A stretch of DNA of 63,990 nucleotides, filler included, from Trichomonas gallinae (GCA_008369845.1; 5 parts of 5 records of this genome joined end to end with filler, not necessarily neighbours in it); one strand, 5' to 3'. Shown: positions 41,445-53,213, counted from the first letter of the whole stretch. Notes: generated by a model from the letters alone, not told the origin. Translations and numbers: made by a program.

Positions 41445-44400
41445 ATGCAACGAAAAGTCTCGTTGGAATTCTCGGATTTTTCGAAGCTATCGAATGAGGA
41501 CCTATTACATGCGATTGATAACATCCCCTTTATAGGTGTAGGTGAAAATACTTGGATAGATGCGATTTTTATCCTATTTTTAAATTATAACAAAATAACT
41601 TCGAAACTAGTTTTCATGCATACATTTTTCTTAATGTGGCATTGCGTACAATTGTTTGCTGCATGTAATTCGCTACCTTTGATCCTTACAATAGTAAATA
41701 AACAACAAGATATTGTATCGGATTCTCTATTAGCGATGTTAACATTTAATATTCCGAGATCTCTCGATCAATCCAGCATATACTACATAGCAACGATATT
41801 TTTATTTACTTTTACAAGCATTTTCGTGTTTTGGATATCGGTATATCGCATAAAAATGCGGAAACCATTCCATGCATGGCAAGTTATACTGTCATACATA
41901 TTCTCAGTCGAATTTTCACGTTTATTATTAGCCCCAAATGTAATATTTTCATCAAGATTAATCGTCTGCACATTAACCGGCATTTATAAAGCAAATTCGA
42001 TTTTCATCTTGGATGTGATACTAATTATTTGTTTAATTCGTGTTTGCTATTATACAGGTTTATTTAATTCATCGTATTTTAAATCTAGAAGTATGCCACG
42101 AACAGTTCTCATTTATCCGGAGCATATCCAGTTGTATGTCCTGCCCATGGTAGGATGGGGCTTGTTTACGCTTGGAAATCAAAAACAAGGATGTACACGT
42201 ATCGTAATCATTTCTTTCTTGCTAATGCTCGGATATTTCTACTGGGGAGTGTTCCCAAAGACATTCAGATACGTCATTGACCCTCTTTCTTTAACTATCG
42301 GTTGGTTGTTATTTTTCGAAAGTTGTGCAGGAATCGTTTTTGCAAAAGGATTGAACAAGTTAAGCTATACACACTTCATCGCTGCGTCCATTACGATCGC
42401 TATGGGTGTTTATTTAATAATGTACTATATATCAACTTTAGTTTTCAAGCGTTACAACAAAAAACTCAACTCGGTAACGAAGTTCTCAGATCTAAACATA
42501 AAATCACAAAGCAAATTCCTGAAATACTTAACAGTAGCATTTCATACACATCATGCTTTATTATACGATGGATCTATGATATTATACGCTCACGAACATT
42601 TTCAAGATGTAGTCACTAACCACATGCTCCTGAGATTATCCTTATATTTGCCACTCGACATACAATATATTCATTTAATCGAAGAAAAAATGCGCGCGTT
42701 GACTGTTAACAGTAATTTATTGAGTTTCTATTTATGTGAGTATATTACTGTTAAAAGATGGCGATCACAAGGCTTAGATGCGAATGGATCTCTTGCAGTT
42801 ATCAAAACAACGAACTTAATCAAGTCTTTTATTAATACTGTTTACTCTTATTCATCGTTCATACAACAAGAAGGAACAAAATCATCTTTTATTTTCGGCC
42901 AGGCATTAAGTGAATTCGCAACAACTCTAGAATCCCATATAGATAGATTTTTATTATACTATCCAACGCATATTGACGTACTCAAGTTGGCTGCTTATTT
43001 TTACGATGTCTGCACGATGGACAAACAAAGAGCAAGAGCTTTGAATCAAAAAATTCTTTTCTATGAATATCTCGACAAAATTTCACCGAACTGGAGAGTG
43101 ACAGAATCGACAATCAAAGTCCCAATAACACCTGAGAGCAGCGAAGAATCTGTTATCAGCAGATGCAAGACAGAATCAGTTTATGAGGCATCGACAATCA
43201 ACACAACAGATAAAAGTTTCGTCATGGAACAAGTTTTCACTGAAACTCGCAGCTGGATAAGCATCAACATGGTTATTATGTTCTGTATTGTGTCTGGTGT
43301 GTTTCCTTTCGTTATAACTGTTTTCATTTCATGCAGATCTTATCAGAAAGATTATAGAGCTTTGGTAGAAATGACTCAGTACTTCTCTGAACACGCTTAT
43401 TATTTCTGCGGATTATTGACGAAAAGTTTGGAGCCTGGATTTAATTCTACAGAAAACACTGAAGAAGAAAGAACTAAAGCAATTGATTTCGTGAACGGTT
43501 TCGTGCAATCACATATACAGGAAACTCAACAAATCATGCTATTGACGAAACATTACAGGAACTTAAACAAAATATGCGGGCATCTTTGGAATGACCAATA
43601 CTTCAATTCGCACACATCATTCGGTGCGTACAGAGTCTACAATCACGACACAATGATGAGGAAATTATCGACTGTTGTTTTGGAAGTTTTGACGAAAACA
43701 GGATTCAATGCAGAATCTTATGATTACAGATTAGTCGTCGACATGTTCTCAAATGTATCTGAATATTTTGCAATATTTTTAGACGACTACGACAAATGCT
43801 TAGTGGACAGCTACGCATTGTCGAAAGAAGATATCTTTAGATGGGGAAGAAATGCAGGACTTATTGTTATTTCCACCATGATTGCTTTGATGCTTGTTCC
43901 TATGATGATGAACATTTTACTGAGAAAAATGAACCAAACATTCAAGAAAACATGCGCGTCGAATGAATCTAGACTTATAGAAGTTACATTATCGCATAGA
44001 TACAAATCGAATGTTTACTACAACATTATATTGATTATATTATATCTAGTCAATTTCTTCTTGCTCGGCTGCAGTTTTACAATCAACAGATATTTCATGC
44101 TGCAACTTGAAGACACAGTCAAGGCTGTTGTTAACGGAGATCTTGATGATGTTACGTTAATGGGAACAATCGGTGAAGGATTGATTTCAATAGAACTTAA
44201 AGGAATGAACTCGACAGCCAATCTATCGAAATTGCTATCAAATGTTCGCGCTGTCACTGAAATATGGTACCAGACAGACGCTAGCTGGAGAGTTAAGAAC
44301 AATTCGACAATATATCTTCCGATGTTCGAAATAGTTTCGACAATAATGAACCAGCTGAAAGGCGAAGATATTGTTTACAACGGAGAAATGAACAAAATCG

Positions 44401-45494
44401 CGAGAAATGATTACAACGCAATTCTAAGAGAGATGATGATAGAAAGGATATTGAACAGAACAACGAAATATTGGGATGAGAGGTTATATGTTAATATTAT
44501 CAATGCTCACGTTCAAACGATTATTTTTGCTTTTGTTATTCTTGTATTTTACTCGATCGGACAGAATTTAGCTTTCTTTACTCAATCAGTGATTTTCACT
44601 GAATATATTTTGAAAATGATTCCGTTCGTCAGACAAAAAGGCGATACCAATACTATCGACAGCATGAGAATTGCAGGAAGCTTTGAATCAAAGTCTTTTT
44701 TGGATGTTTTAGGTGTTCCCTGTTGTTTAGTTGACAAAAATGATACAATCATTTTCGCAAATCACGAATGGTTATCGCTTTTTATTGGAACACAAACAAA
44801 CTTCGTTGGCAAGAAGTATCAGTTATTTACAGGAAATGATCCTGATATTGTAACTTTCTCAGCATGCACTGACAAGAAATTAGTGACAATCAACAGATCA
44901 GCAAAAATTGTCAAACTGAGGAAGAAAATCGATTTCGTTGGCAATGAATACAAAGAACTGAATGAATCAGCGATGCCTGTCAATGTTCTTTCAGGTGATG
45001 AGCTAGAAAAAGAGGTTATTTGCGCAACGATATCTATTATATCCGCGAATCTTCAAAACGAAGATATCGATTTAGTGAAAAAGTTCACAGACAACCTTTT
45101 TGAAAGAATAGGAGAAGAGCTCGAAGACATAAACGACTGCAAACTATTCATGTGGTCTTACTCTGACATAACAATTGCTTTCGGGTTCAATGACACACCA
45201 TTAGATAGAGCTGCTTTGCAGGCGATAAATATTGCATCAATTTGCACTCAGCTGCTTATAGAAACTGAAGAGATCTACGGTTTATACTGCGCCAGTTCGA
45301 TAATGATTGGAAAAGTAGGATCAAACTTTGACGGCGCGAAGCCTAGATCGTGGAGAATTTCAAACTCAATAACTTTAAGTGAGCGCGTCGCTCATATTGT
45401 TTCCAACTACATAGCAGATGTTACTTACGTGTTGGATAACGAAATTGCAATCATAATATTAGAAAATGAAGAAGAATATATAGATGATGAATAA
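41445..45494 (+). CDS. Multi-pass membrane protein resembling transmembrane adenylyl cyclase family, PAS-like domain, degenerate cyclase region
   Basis: N-terminal multi-TM block, further TM pairs, PAS-like PCCLVDKNDTIIFANHEWLSLF, coiled helix with ESAMP, then a short cyclase-like tail lacking recognisable catalytic Asp motifs. Confidence 0.6.
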   Translation: MQRKVSLEFSDFSKLSNEDLLHAIDNIPFIGVGENTWIDAIFILFLNYNKITSKLVFMHTFFLMWHCVQLFAACNSLPLILTIVNKQQDIVSDSLLAMLTFNIPRSLDQSSIYYIATIFLFTFTSIFVFWISVYRIKMRKPFHAWQVILSYIFSVEFSRLLLAPNVIFSSRLIVCTLTGIYKANSIFILDVILIICLIRVCYYTGLFNSSYFKSRSMPRTVLIYPEHIQLYVLPMVGWGLFTLGNQKQGCTRIVIISFLLMLGYFYWGVFPKTFRYVIDPLSLTIGWLLFFESCAGIVFAKGLNKLSYTHFIAASITIAMGVYLIMYYISTLVFKRYNKKLNSVTKFSDLNIKSQSKFLKYLTVAFHTHHALLYDGSMILYAHEHFQDVVTNHMLLRLSLYLPLDIQYIHLIEEKMRALTVNSNLLSFYLCEYITVKRWRSQGLDANGSLAVIKTTNLIKSFINTVYSYSSFIQQEGTKSSFIFGQALSEFATTLESHIDRFLLYYPTHIDVLKLAAYFYDVCTMDKQRARALNQKILFYEYLDKISPNWRVTESTIKVPITPESSEESVISRCKTESVYEASTINTTDKSFVMEQVFTETRSWISINMVIMFCIVSGVFPFVITVFISCRSYQKDYRALVEMTQYFSEHAYYFCGLLTKSLEPGFNSTENTEEERTKAIDFVNGFVQSHIQETQQIMLLTKHYRNLNKICGHLWNDQYFNSHTSFGAYRVYNHDTMMRKLSTVVLEVLTKTGFNAESYDYRLVVDMFSNVSEYFAIFLDDYDKCLVDSYALSKEDIFRWGRNAGLIVISTMIALMLVPMMMNILLRKMNQTFKKTCASNESRLIEVTLSHRYKSNVYYNIILIILYLVNFFLLGCSFTINRYFMLQLEDTVKAVVNGDLDDVTLMGTIGEGLISIELKGMNSTANLSKLLSNVRAVTEIWYQTDASWRVKNNSTIYLPMFEIVSTIMNQLKGEDIVYNGEMNKIARNDYNAILREMMIERILNRTTKYWDERLYVNIINAHVQTIIFAFVILVFYSIGQNLAFFTQSVIFTEYILKMIPFVRQKGDTNTIDSMRIAGSFESKSFLDVLGVPCCLVDKNDTIIFANHEWLSLFIGTQTNFVGKKYQLFTGNDPDIVTFSACTDKKLVTINRSAKIVKLRKKIDFVGNEYKELNESAMPVNVLSGDELEKEVICATISIISANLQNEDIDLVKKFTDNLFERIGEELEDINDCKLFMWSYSDITIAFGFNDTPLDRAALQAINIASICTQLLIETEEIYGLYCASSIMIGKVGSNFDGAKPRSWRISNSITLSERVAHIVSNYIADVTYVLDNEIAIIILENEEEYIDDE

Positions 45495-46482
45495 TATTAT
45501 TTATATTGTATATTAATAAATTGTTTGTATTAGATTTATTTAACTGCCTCTGATTTTTACTACATTTATTAACATTAAAAATCATGTATTAAATAGAATA
45601 TAATTTCAAAATCAAAAATATTCTTTAAATCTGCTGTTCTTTTTGCGAAATGATCATTTTATCTGTATTAATAGATTTTGGAAATCCTTTTTGATATAAC
45701 ATAAGCATTATTTGATGAAAATTTAATTCTTTTTAATTTATAATGATTAATCCAATATACTCATTGACAATCAAATATATACTCAGAAGTGTTATAAATT
45801 CTTTAAGACATTTGTTGAATGCTCAAGATAAGGGATGAGCATTAAATATATAATGAATATGCTAAAATTATATTGATATCTGCATTATAGTATGTTTATT
45901 TAAACAAACAAAAGAATATTTATCCATTAATTCCTGATTTTTTTGAAAATTTATCAAAAAGATCTGAAATAGATGTGTGAAATCATTATATTTCGAATGA
46001 AGCACAAAAGCTCAAATCGAATGAAAAGAGATGACATATAAAATAGTTTTGTAAACTTAGAAAAAAAAATTATAATTATTTTTTGTACGACTTTTTACAT
46101 ATTCGTTATTTTCTTTCATTTTCGGTGTGTGTGCTGATATTTGTCTTGTATGGCAGACTTCTAGGCAATGAAAACAAAAAAAAATGTTTTCTGAAAAGAA
46201 TGACTTTTTGAGAATAGCGACGTTGCATATCAAATTCATGTAAAATGATGTCTTTATTTTTCGAACGACAAAGAATTTGGATTTTTTCCGATATCTTTTC
46301 GTAATTCTAAGACATACGACTAAAAGGATAAGCAGAATTATGTGTTTAGGTGTAGATTTATCGATTGCGTAAGCTAAAAGGCGATTTAACAATGGAAATT
46401 AAAATGAAGAGAATATATTTTCATAAAAAAAATAAACTTTAATCCATTAATAGTTGCAATTTTAAATAAGTATCAAGAATAT

Positions 46483-46902
46483 TTAATTATATGCTTCTCT
46501 CTGTACGTCACGGTACTGATCGTTCTGAATATTGTCTAACCAAACTTTAAGTGTTGCCCAGTTCATATGGAACCAGTATAATAAGTTAGCCTTCTTCTTT
46601 TCTGCATCTGTGATCTGAACGCCAGACTTCTGTGCAACAAGTTGACTTAATTTACGCAATTCAACAATTTTGAAGTCTTTAGAAAGATATGGTCTGAGTT
46701 TTTCTTGCATCTGATTGAGTAAATCTTTGTTGGCGACCTCATCAACGTATGTGCCAGTGTCTAATTTATCAACTTTCTTAATTAATTTTTCTAACTCGTT
46801 AGAAATTAGTTTTAACTTGTCAGGAGAGTCGTATGCTTTCTTCTTGAGTGTGTCAAGAAGATCGTCGAGTGGAAGAGAGAGATTATCAGGCATAGCAGCC
46901 AT
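46483..46902 (-). CDS. Hypothetical small helical protein
   Basis: ATG at 46902. ELRKLSQLVAQKSGVQI...KKKANLLYWFHMNW resembles an expanded trichomonad family motif (WF..NW). Confidence 0.75.
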   Translation of the reverse strand: MAAMPDNLSLPLDDLLDTLKKKAYDSPDKLKLISNELEKLIKKVDKLDTGTYVDEVANKDLLNQMQEKLRPYLSKDFKIVELRKLSQLVAQKSGVQITDAEKKKANLLYWFHMNWATLKVWLDNIQNDQYRDVQREAYN

Positions 46903-47502
46903 TATTGACCTCACGCTAAAATGTTCAAGTTTACAAAAGGCGGTTAGATCGTTAAATTTCGTGATTTTCTGCTTTATAACGATTTGAGACTAAAATAATG
47001 CTAATTTTGCGCTTTTTTTGTAAATTGAGAAATTTGTTTTTGGCGCCAAAAGTGAATGTCACGTTTTTCCCTTCTCGAAAACTCATAGCGGACATTGACT
47101 TGTTTTTTGGTTATTACATATGGCGATGAGCTTTATTAAAGCAAAATTTTATCTTTTCGAATGAATTGAGATATTTGCAAATGAATATATCAAATTCAGC
47201 TATCGAATTTAATTATATAGAATATAATCGATGCGTGAATGCTTACATCATAATATTAAGGAAAACTGAATTTTGACATTCTGACAAATAAAGATATTTT
47301 ACAAAAAAAGGTTAAAAGTAGCATTTTTGATATGGATTCTATTTCATCATATATAGAATATACTAGTTGTTTATTAGCAATATCCAAATTATCAAACATA
47401 ATAGTAAATGATATTGATGATGATACTGTTGCTCATTTTTTCGATGTCAGACAGCTTTTTCGATACGTATTCAATTTTTTTGGTCGTTTTTATTGGATAT
47501 TT

Positions 47503-47602
47503 NNNNNNNNNNNNNNNNNNNNNNNNNNNNNNNNNNNNNNNNNNNNTTAATTAATTAANNNNNNNNNNNNNNNNNNNNNNNNNNNNNNNNNNNNNNNNNN
47601 NN
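47503..47602. other. Artificial contig linker
   Basis: N44-TTAATTAATTAA-N44. Confidence 0.97.
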
Positions 47603-47605
47603 TTT

Positions 47606-47681
47606 GGGCCTTAGCCATTTTGGCCGATTGCCGAAATTCGAGGGGGTTAGCCGGCTACCGGAGACAATAGGACTAAGGTCC
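47606..47681. other. GC-rich fold-back element of unknown class
   Basis: GGGCCTTAGCC...GGACTAAGGTCC imperfect terminal inverted repeat in an otherwise AT-rich region, at a contig edge. Confidence 0.45.
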
Positions 47682-49110
47682 AATCTGATATAATTCTTAT
47701 GGGCTTATCGTATGTGTTCATTATTTGTTATTTCATCAATTCTATAAAATTTAATATTTTATCATTTGTTATATTGATCTATTATATGATTCAATAATAT
47801 TAAAAGCATCAAATATATCATTATATTTATGAAATAGCATATTCCTCCCTTAGAAAAATCATCACTTTCACAATCCGACTTTAAAAAAGCAAAGTCTTCA
47901 CTATTTGTTCTAATAAGAATATTGCGATGTATCATAAGTCCATCAAATCTACCATCAAAATTCATTTTTATCAATCGCAGACAAAGTTATTCCAATAGCG
48001 TGACTACTAAGTATCAACACCTAGGAAACTTTGGCCATTAGTACGCAGGAATTGAATCCATTCTAGAGATCTCTTGAACTGCTATGCTGTAATCGTCAAT
48101 CACCAATCTTTTCTGATAATTTGCTAAATAAATTCACTTCATTTTCAAGTTTGACTCGTATAAATCCTATTATCTCGTCATATAACTGGTGTCTTTTATC
48201 TTTGCATAGCAGCCATTGTGGATTTGCCGTTTAAAATTGATCGACTTGTGTATAACAAAAGATATCTGATGGATTTGATTAAACCAAATGATATAATTCT
48301 TGATTCTATGATATAATTTGTTGAAAAATCAATTGATAATCATAATTTAAAATTCTCCAATCGCTGAAAATGCGCTAATGATAGCATTCTGTGGTAAATT
48401 CTGTTGAGAACAACGATACTAAGCACATCTTCCTAAAACAAAGCTTCTCGTTATCTTTTATAAAATTTTGAAAATTGGGACAAAGTTGATAAGTGAATCC
48501 CAGCTTCGAAAGAAGTATTAAGATTGTATTCAACCCAATAAGTAAAAATACTAAAGCATCTCCTCCAAAGCATATATTTCGAGATGTGAATTAAATTTAT
48601 CTATGGAATTTTGGAGTTTTCCGGAGGATTTTAGCCTTTATTCAGTTATGTATTATAGCTAAAGAATCAAAATTGATTTTGCAAATGTGATCAAATTTGT
48701 CTTACACGGACATTGATCATTAACAGTAGAAACTTTGCCAATAGGCGTTATACTGTTAGAATACTCTATTTTTATGACCAAATCGGATATAGTGTAAGGT
48801 TCATAAAAATGAATGGAATTATCATATAATATATGAAATTATGGTATATAATAAATGGAAATGGTTTTTGTCAGTCAAAAATAAATCGTTATAAATTTCG
48901 CAGTTTATTAACGGTTTTTGTTTAATTTTATTTAAATATATTGTTGCATAGGTTGTAAGGAGCAAAATAAAATTTTAAACGATTAGGTTTTGTAACGAGA
49001 CCGTTAGTACAATTCACGTAGTTTTTTATGTGATTATGCTCTACTATGAGTGTTGGTTATAATTTGAAAATTTATATAAAAATTTTTGAAATTTCTTATT
49101 TTTACAAAAC

Positions 49111-49623
49111 ATGGAAAGCGATCAACGTGTTACCCTCACATTATTCTCTCCTGTTGGTGACTCAAAAATGGTCATTGTGAGGCTCTCTCAGCAGGTGAGG
49201 GTCTTACAGAAGATGTATCCATTGAATAACAGGAAATTCTATTTCAATGGTATGGCTATGTTAGAAACTCGACCATTCTCGTTTTACTCTGTCAAGGACA
49301 ATGATTCAATCATTGCCGTGACATACACAGATCCGACATTTCAAAATCAGATCGGCTCTTTATATTGGCAACATGCTTCTATTAATGATAAAACGATGTC
49401 AGATGCGGCTAGATTTAACAATGCTCTCAAGCTTTCGCGTGAGTATTTGAGGATTCAAGATATTCCAATGCGACATCTCGATGCTAAGCCTGCTGCTATG
49501 AGGAAACTGATTTCTAATGTTACAGCGATAGAGAATGCAGTTCCAAACATTCAACATACAACTACAATTACTGATATTCCTAGAATTTTGTCAAAGGATC
49601 CTCTTCCTAGATTTTGGATATAA
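49111..49623 (+). CDS. Ubiquitin-like domain hypothetical protein
   Basis: VIVRLSQQVRVL...KFYFNGMAMLETRPFSFYSVKDNDSIIAV fits a Ubl fold pattern. Confidence 0.7.
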   Translation: MESDQRVTLTLFSPVGDSKMVIVRLSQQVRVLQKMYPLNNRKFYFNGMAMLETRPFSFYSVKDNDSIIAVTYTDPTFQNQIGSLYWQHASINDKTMSDAARFNNALKLSREYLRIQDIPMRHLDAKPAAMRKLISNVTAIENAVPNIQHTTTITDIPRILSKDPLPRFWI

Positions 49624-49717
49624 TACAATTAATACACATAACAACTATATGATGTAGTTTGAACGAACGAAGAAAAATTTAGCAACAAAATTTTTTTTGT
49701 TGTTTTTATTTTTGTTG

Positions 49718-52135
49718 TCATTTCGTTTCGGTTGAATAACTCGCTGAAATCGAGTTGACACCAGAATTAGTACTCGCAACTTGCATTGATGTACCAAACT
49801 GAATTTGATACAACGATGTATTGTTTGATTTATAAGTAGAAGTGCTGAAGCTTAGATTCTCTAAGCCCTCAGATGTTTTGTCGTTTTTCGGTAACACCAT
49901 AGTTAAGTTTCTTGTTGGAATAAATTTCGGTTTTGTTAATTTCTTGTTTGGCTCAACAGAATTCGATCTGTTAAGCGCAGACTGTCTTGCTATCGAAGAT
50001 TTTTTAGGCTGATTTGCAGGATCATCAGAAATTAATTGATTTATTTCTTCGGACACGTTTATTGTCCTCCAATAGCCTTTCTTCAGCGCTTTGTGTGGTG
50101 TAAAAACCTTCTCTTTAGGTTGTATGACTTTTGGAGGCGGAATAATTTCAACTTTATTTTCTGATTTGCTATCTGTCGATTTAACAGATTTGCTGCGCTT
50201 TGGAGACTTTTTGTCTTTGATTGAGATTGAACTTGGTCTGATTTGTTTGTTTTCTTCCGATGAAATTGAATCCGATGAAATATTTGCGTCTTCATTCGAT
50301 TTAATCTTAACTGGTGTTGATTTTGACAAAGATTTCTCGTCTAATGATTTGTGTTTTGCAGATTTGCGTTTTGATTTCGGTGTTTCTGGCGTATCTGAGC
50401 CCACTGACTTCAAATTACGCTTCTTCTTTGCTTTCTTCTTGTCATCTGTTGGTTGCTTGGCTTTTTTGGCTATTTTCGCTTGAATTTCTTCTTCTGGAGA
50501 TTTTGTGGAGCAAACAACGATTTTTCTTCCATCTTCGGTGCATCTTGCTCTATTGATGACACCATTTTCATCAACTGTCTCTAAATAATAGCGTTTATCA
50601 ATAATTATAACACTTGGTTTGACTTTCTTGAGTATTTGTGTATTTTGTTCGAATGTATCGATTCTATCTATCTCTTTTTCCTTGAGAAAATCTCTAAGTG
50701 CTGCAGGAAAAGTGCCGTATTTTGAAATGAAGTCATCAGAATTCATAATCATTGGCGAAATTGAAAATTTTTCATTTTCTGGTAGTAATCTTTCTGTTTT
50801 TAATTCCAATTGGTCGTTTTTCGATGTATTTGGTTTTCTTTTATATTTTTTCACGTGAATTTTTGGAATAAATATCTGTTGTTGGACGAATTTAGGTTGA
50901 TTTTCGATTATTGTATATTGTTGGTTATTAGATGGATTTGTAAAAGCTTTTGTTGTTTGTGAATATTTAAAATAAACTTTTTGATTAGAATTAGCATTGT
51001 TTTCACTTGTTGTTTCCTCATCTGAGGCGAATTCGTATATAAATTTCTTTGGTTTCTGGGGTTTTTCTGTAATTTGAGGTTGATTTTTGAAATCATTGTT
51101 TTTAACTGGATTTGATGCGCTTATTTTAGCTGGTGGATTTATAGGATTGAGAGAAATGACATCAAGTGGGACAACATTAAATTCTGGTATTTCTGGTGGT
51201 AATGAATATCCTTCATTAGGCACTGCTTGCTCAATTGCGATAATTGTGTTGTCAACGGGGTTCTTGTGTTGTGTAATCATCTTTACGTATCTTTTTTCGA
51301 TTGGAGGAGGCTTTTTGACGGATTTTTGTATTTCATATTCTGAATCTGAGTCAAAATCGTAAATCGACCTGTCATATAGTTTGATATCGTTTGGATCTTT
51401 GAAATCTGTTTGTTTTTGAGCTTCTTTCGTTGATTCTTTTGGAGTATTTTGATTACTTTGTTCGTATGACTCGGAATCAGGAATTGAGAGCATCTGCACT
51501 TCAATACTGGCATCAATGCTTTTAGATCTTGTAGATTTCGACATTTTACTCTTTTTATTCGATTTTGAAGATTTGCTGCTAATTTTTGACGAATTATCAG
51601 GTGTATTAGGTATATCGAACTGTATGATTGGATTGGATTTCTTAGATTTCTTTGATTTCTTTTTCCTTTTTCCTTTTGGAGTTTTTGGAGTTAAAACTTC
51701 GATTCCTGTTGTTGAATCCGACTTTTGCTCGCTTTTTGTCGGTGTTGAACGCTTTGATTTCTTTTTTGGCGATTTTTTGATATCTGTTATATCTGCATTT
51801 GTCTTTTCTTTTGTTTCTGCTACTGGATTATCAAACAACACGACTGTTTGGACTGCTTTAACAGGTTCTTCTTCAACTCTTTCGAATTGTGTAATAACTT
51901 CACCGGTATCTGCATCAGTTCTTGTTATTTTCTTGATGTGCACTGTCTGTGTGTAAACCCTCTTCTTGCTTTTAGAAATTTCATCGAATCGAGGATCATC
52001 AGAATTGATTAGAGTGACAGTACCATCCCTATGTATGATTTTTCGAATCATCCGATGCTTGTTGCTGTTCTTGTCGTCGTTGTTGCACGCGTTATTCGCT
52101 TTATTCGTTGGATTTTCGCGTGCGCAAGCATCCAT
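49718..52135 (-). CDS. Low-complexity Lys/Ser/Pro-rich hypothetical protein
   Basis: 805-aa ORF from ATG 52135, basic patches, AAAGTGAC motif immediately upstream. Confidence 0.8.
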   Translation of the reverse strand: MDACARENPTNKANNACNNDDKNSNKHRMIRKIIHRDGTVTLINSDDPRFDEISKSKKRVYTQTVHIKKITRTDADTGEVITQFERVEEEPVKAVQTVVLFDNPVAETKEKTNADITDIKKSPKKKSKRSTPTKSEQKSDSTTGIEVLTPKTPKGKRKKKSKKSKKSNPIIQFDIPNTPDNSSKISSKSSKSNKKSKMSKSTRSKSIDASIEVQMLSIPDSESYEQSNQNTPKESTKEAQKQTDFKDPNDIKLYDRSIYDFDSDSEYEIQKSVKKPPPIEKRYVKMITQHKNPVDNTIIAIEQAVPNEGYSLPPEIPEFNVVPLDVISLNPINPPAKISASNPVKNNDFKNQPQITEKPQKPKKFIYEFASDEETTSENNANSNQKVYFKYSQTTKAFTNPSNNQQYTIIENQPKFVQQQIFIPKIHVKKYKRKPNTSKNDQLELKTERLLPENEKFSISPMIMNSDDFISKYGTFPAALRDFLKEKEIDRIDTFEQNTQILKKVKPSVIIIDKRYYLETVDENGVINRARCTEDGRKIVVCSTKSPEEEIQAKIAKKAKQPTDDKKKAKKKRNLKSVGSDTPETPKSKRKSAKHKSLDEKSLSKSTPVKIKSNEDANISSDSISSEENKQIRPSSISIKDKKSPKRSKSVKSTDSKSENKVEIIPPPKVIQPKEKVFTPHKALKKGYWRTINVSEEINQLISDDPANQPKKSSIARQSALNRSNSVEPNKKLTKPKFIPTRNLTMVLPKNDKTSEGLENLSFSTSTYKSNNTSLYQIQFGTSMQVASTNSGVNSISASYSTETK

Positions 52136-52718
52136 TGTCACTTTTTTATATCGAGAAAATGAGCAAAACGAATTTTTTATAACAATTCCAATGAAGTCAT
52201 CAAGTTATTTCACGTCTTCTGTTCACTTCTACTGGAGTAGTTGATGATCGTCACTCATAAATCGAAAAATTCAGTTTTATCAATATATCAAGATTTTAAA
52301 ACTAATTGATAACCCTTAGATATTAGTTCTAATTTACATCAATTGATACAACCATTTGATACCTTTAAGCTTCATATAATTTTCTTCTCTAATTTCAAAA
52401 TTGATTTAAAAATTCATTTGATTCAACTTAAACATTAGCGTAAAATTACTTACTTTCGTGCAAATATTACTATATTTCAATAGTTATTTGGAAATAACAT
52501 AAAATATCGAATGATATTTGCAATTTTTCTTAAATCAGTATGTTTTTGTTAAGTTTTACTTAGTATAAGTATAGTTTTAAGAATTTGAGTGTTCAAAAGT
52601 TTATAACTAATGAAAATATAAAATAAGAAGTAAAATCGTTTGAGAATTATACAAATAAAAACAATCCTTTTAATAAATACAAATGTAATATAGAATAAGT
52701 TCGAAGACGTATAAAAAA

Positions 52719-53213
52719 TTATTCGTTGGATTTTTCTTGATTTTCTTTTTCTTCTTGTTTTTCTTCAGCTTCCTCTTGTTTTGGCTCTTCTTTATGCTCT
52801 TCTTCTTCGTTCTCTTTTCCTTCTTTTTCTTCTTCATTTGCTTCTTCGTCTTCAACATCAGAGTAGTAGTAGTATTCTTGTGGTGATGAATCAGAATCCG
52901 GACGATTTGATGAAAATGGATTCCTTTCTGAATCGAAATAGCCCGAAACGTGGACTGGAGCATCTCCAGCAACTCTTAACGTCAAAGTGAAACCTGCTGA
53001 CACGTGTATATTCAGTGGCACTGAGACATTCTGTGTAGCATAAAGATCGGCAACAGGACCTTCTGTTTTTTCAATTTGAATGAAAAGTCTAGAATGAGCA
53101 GTTTCAGGGGCTTCTGGGTCAATAACAGCTCTAGTTATGACCAAGTCATCGCGAATCAGTCCTCTGTAATAATTATTTGGAACAACTTTCGCGCCAAAAA
53201 AAGAACTGATCAT
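52719..53213 (-). CDS. Nucleoplasmin-like (NPL) domain protein with acidic tail, putative histone chaperone
   Basis: FFGAKVVP...LVITRAVI...VADL...GDAPVHVSGYF matches the NPL domain of FKBP39/HD2 type; Glu-rich C-terminus. Confidence 0.8.
   Translation of the reverse strand: MISSFFGAKVVPNNYYRGLIRDDLVITRAVIDPEAPETAHSRLFIQIEKTEGPVADLYATQNVSVPLNIHVSAGFTLTLRVAGDAPVHVSGYFDSERNPFSSNRPDSDSSPQEYYYYSDVEDEEANEEEKEGKENEEEEHKEEPKQEEAEEKQEEKENQEKSNE

Noticed and set aside
47760..48760. Coding-like fragments in a long intergenic region
   Set aside because: Frames are short and interrupted, and I could not assign a family.
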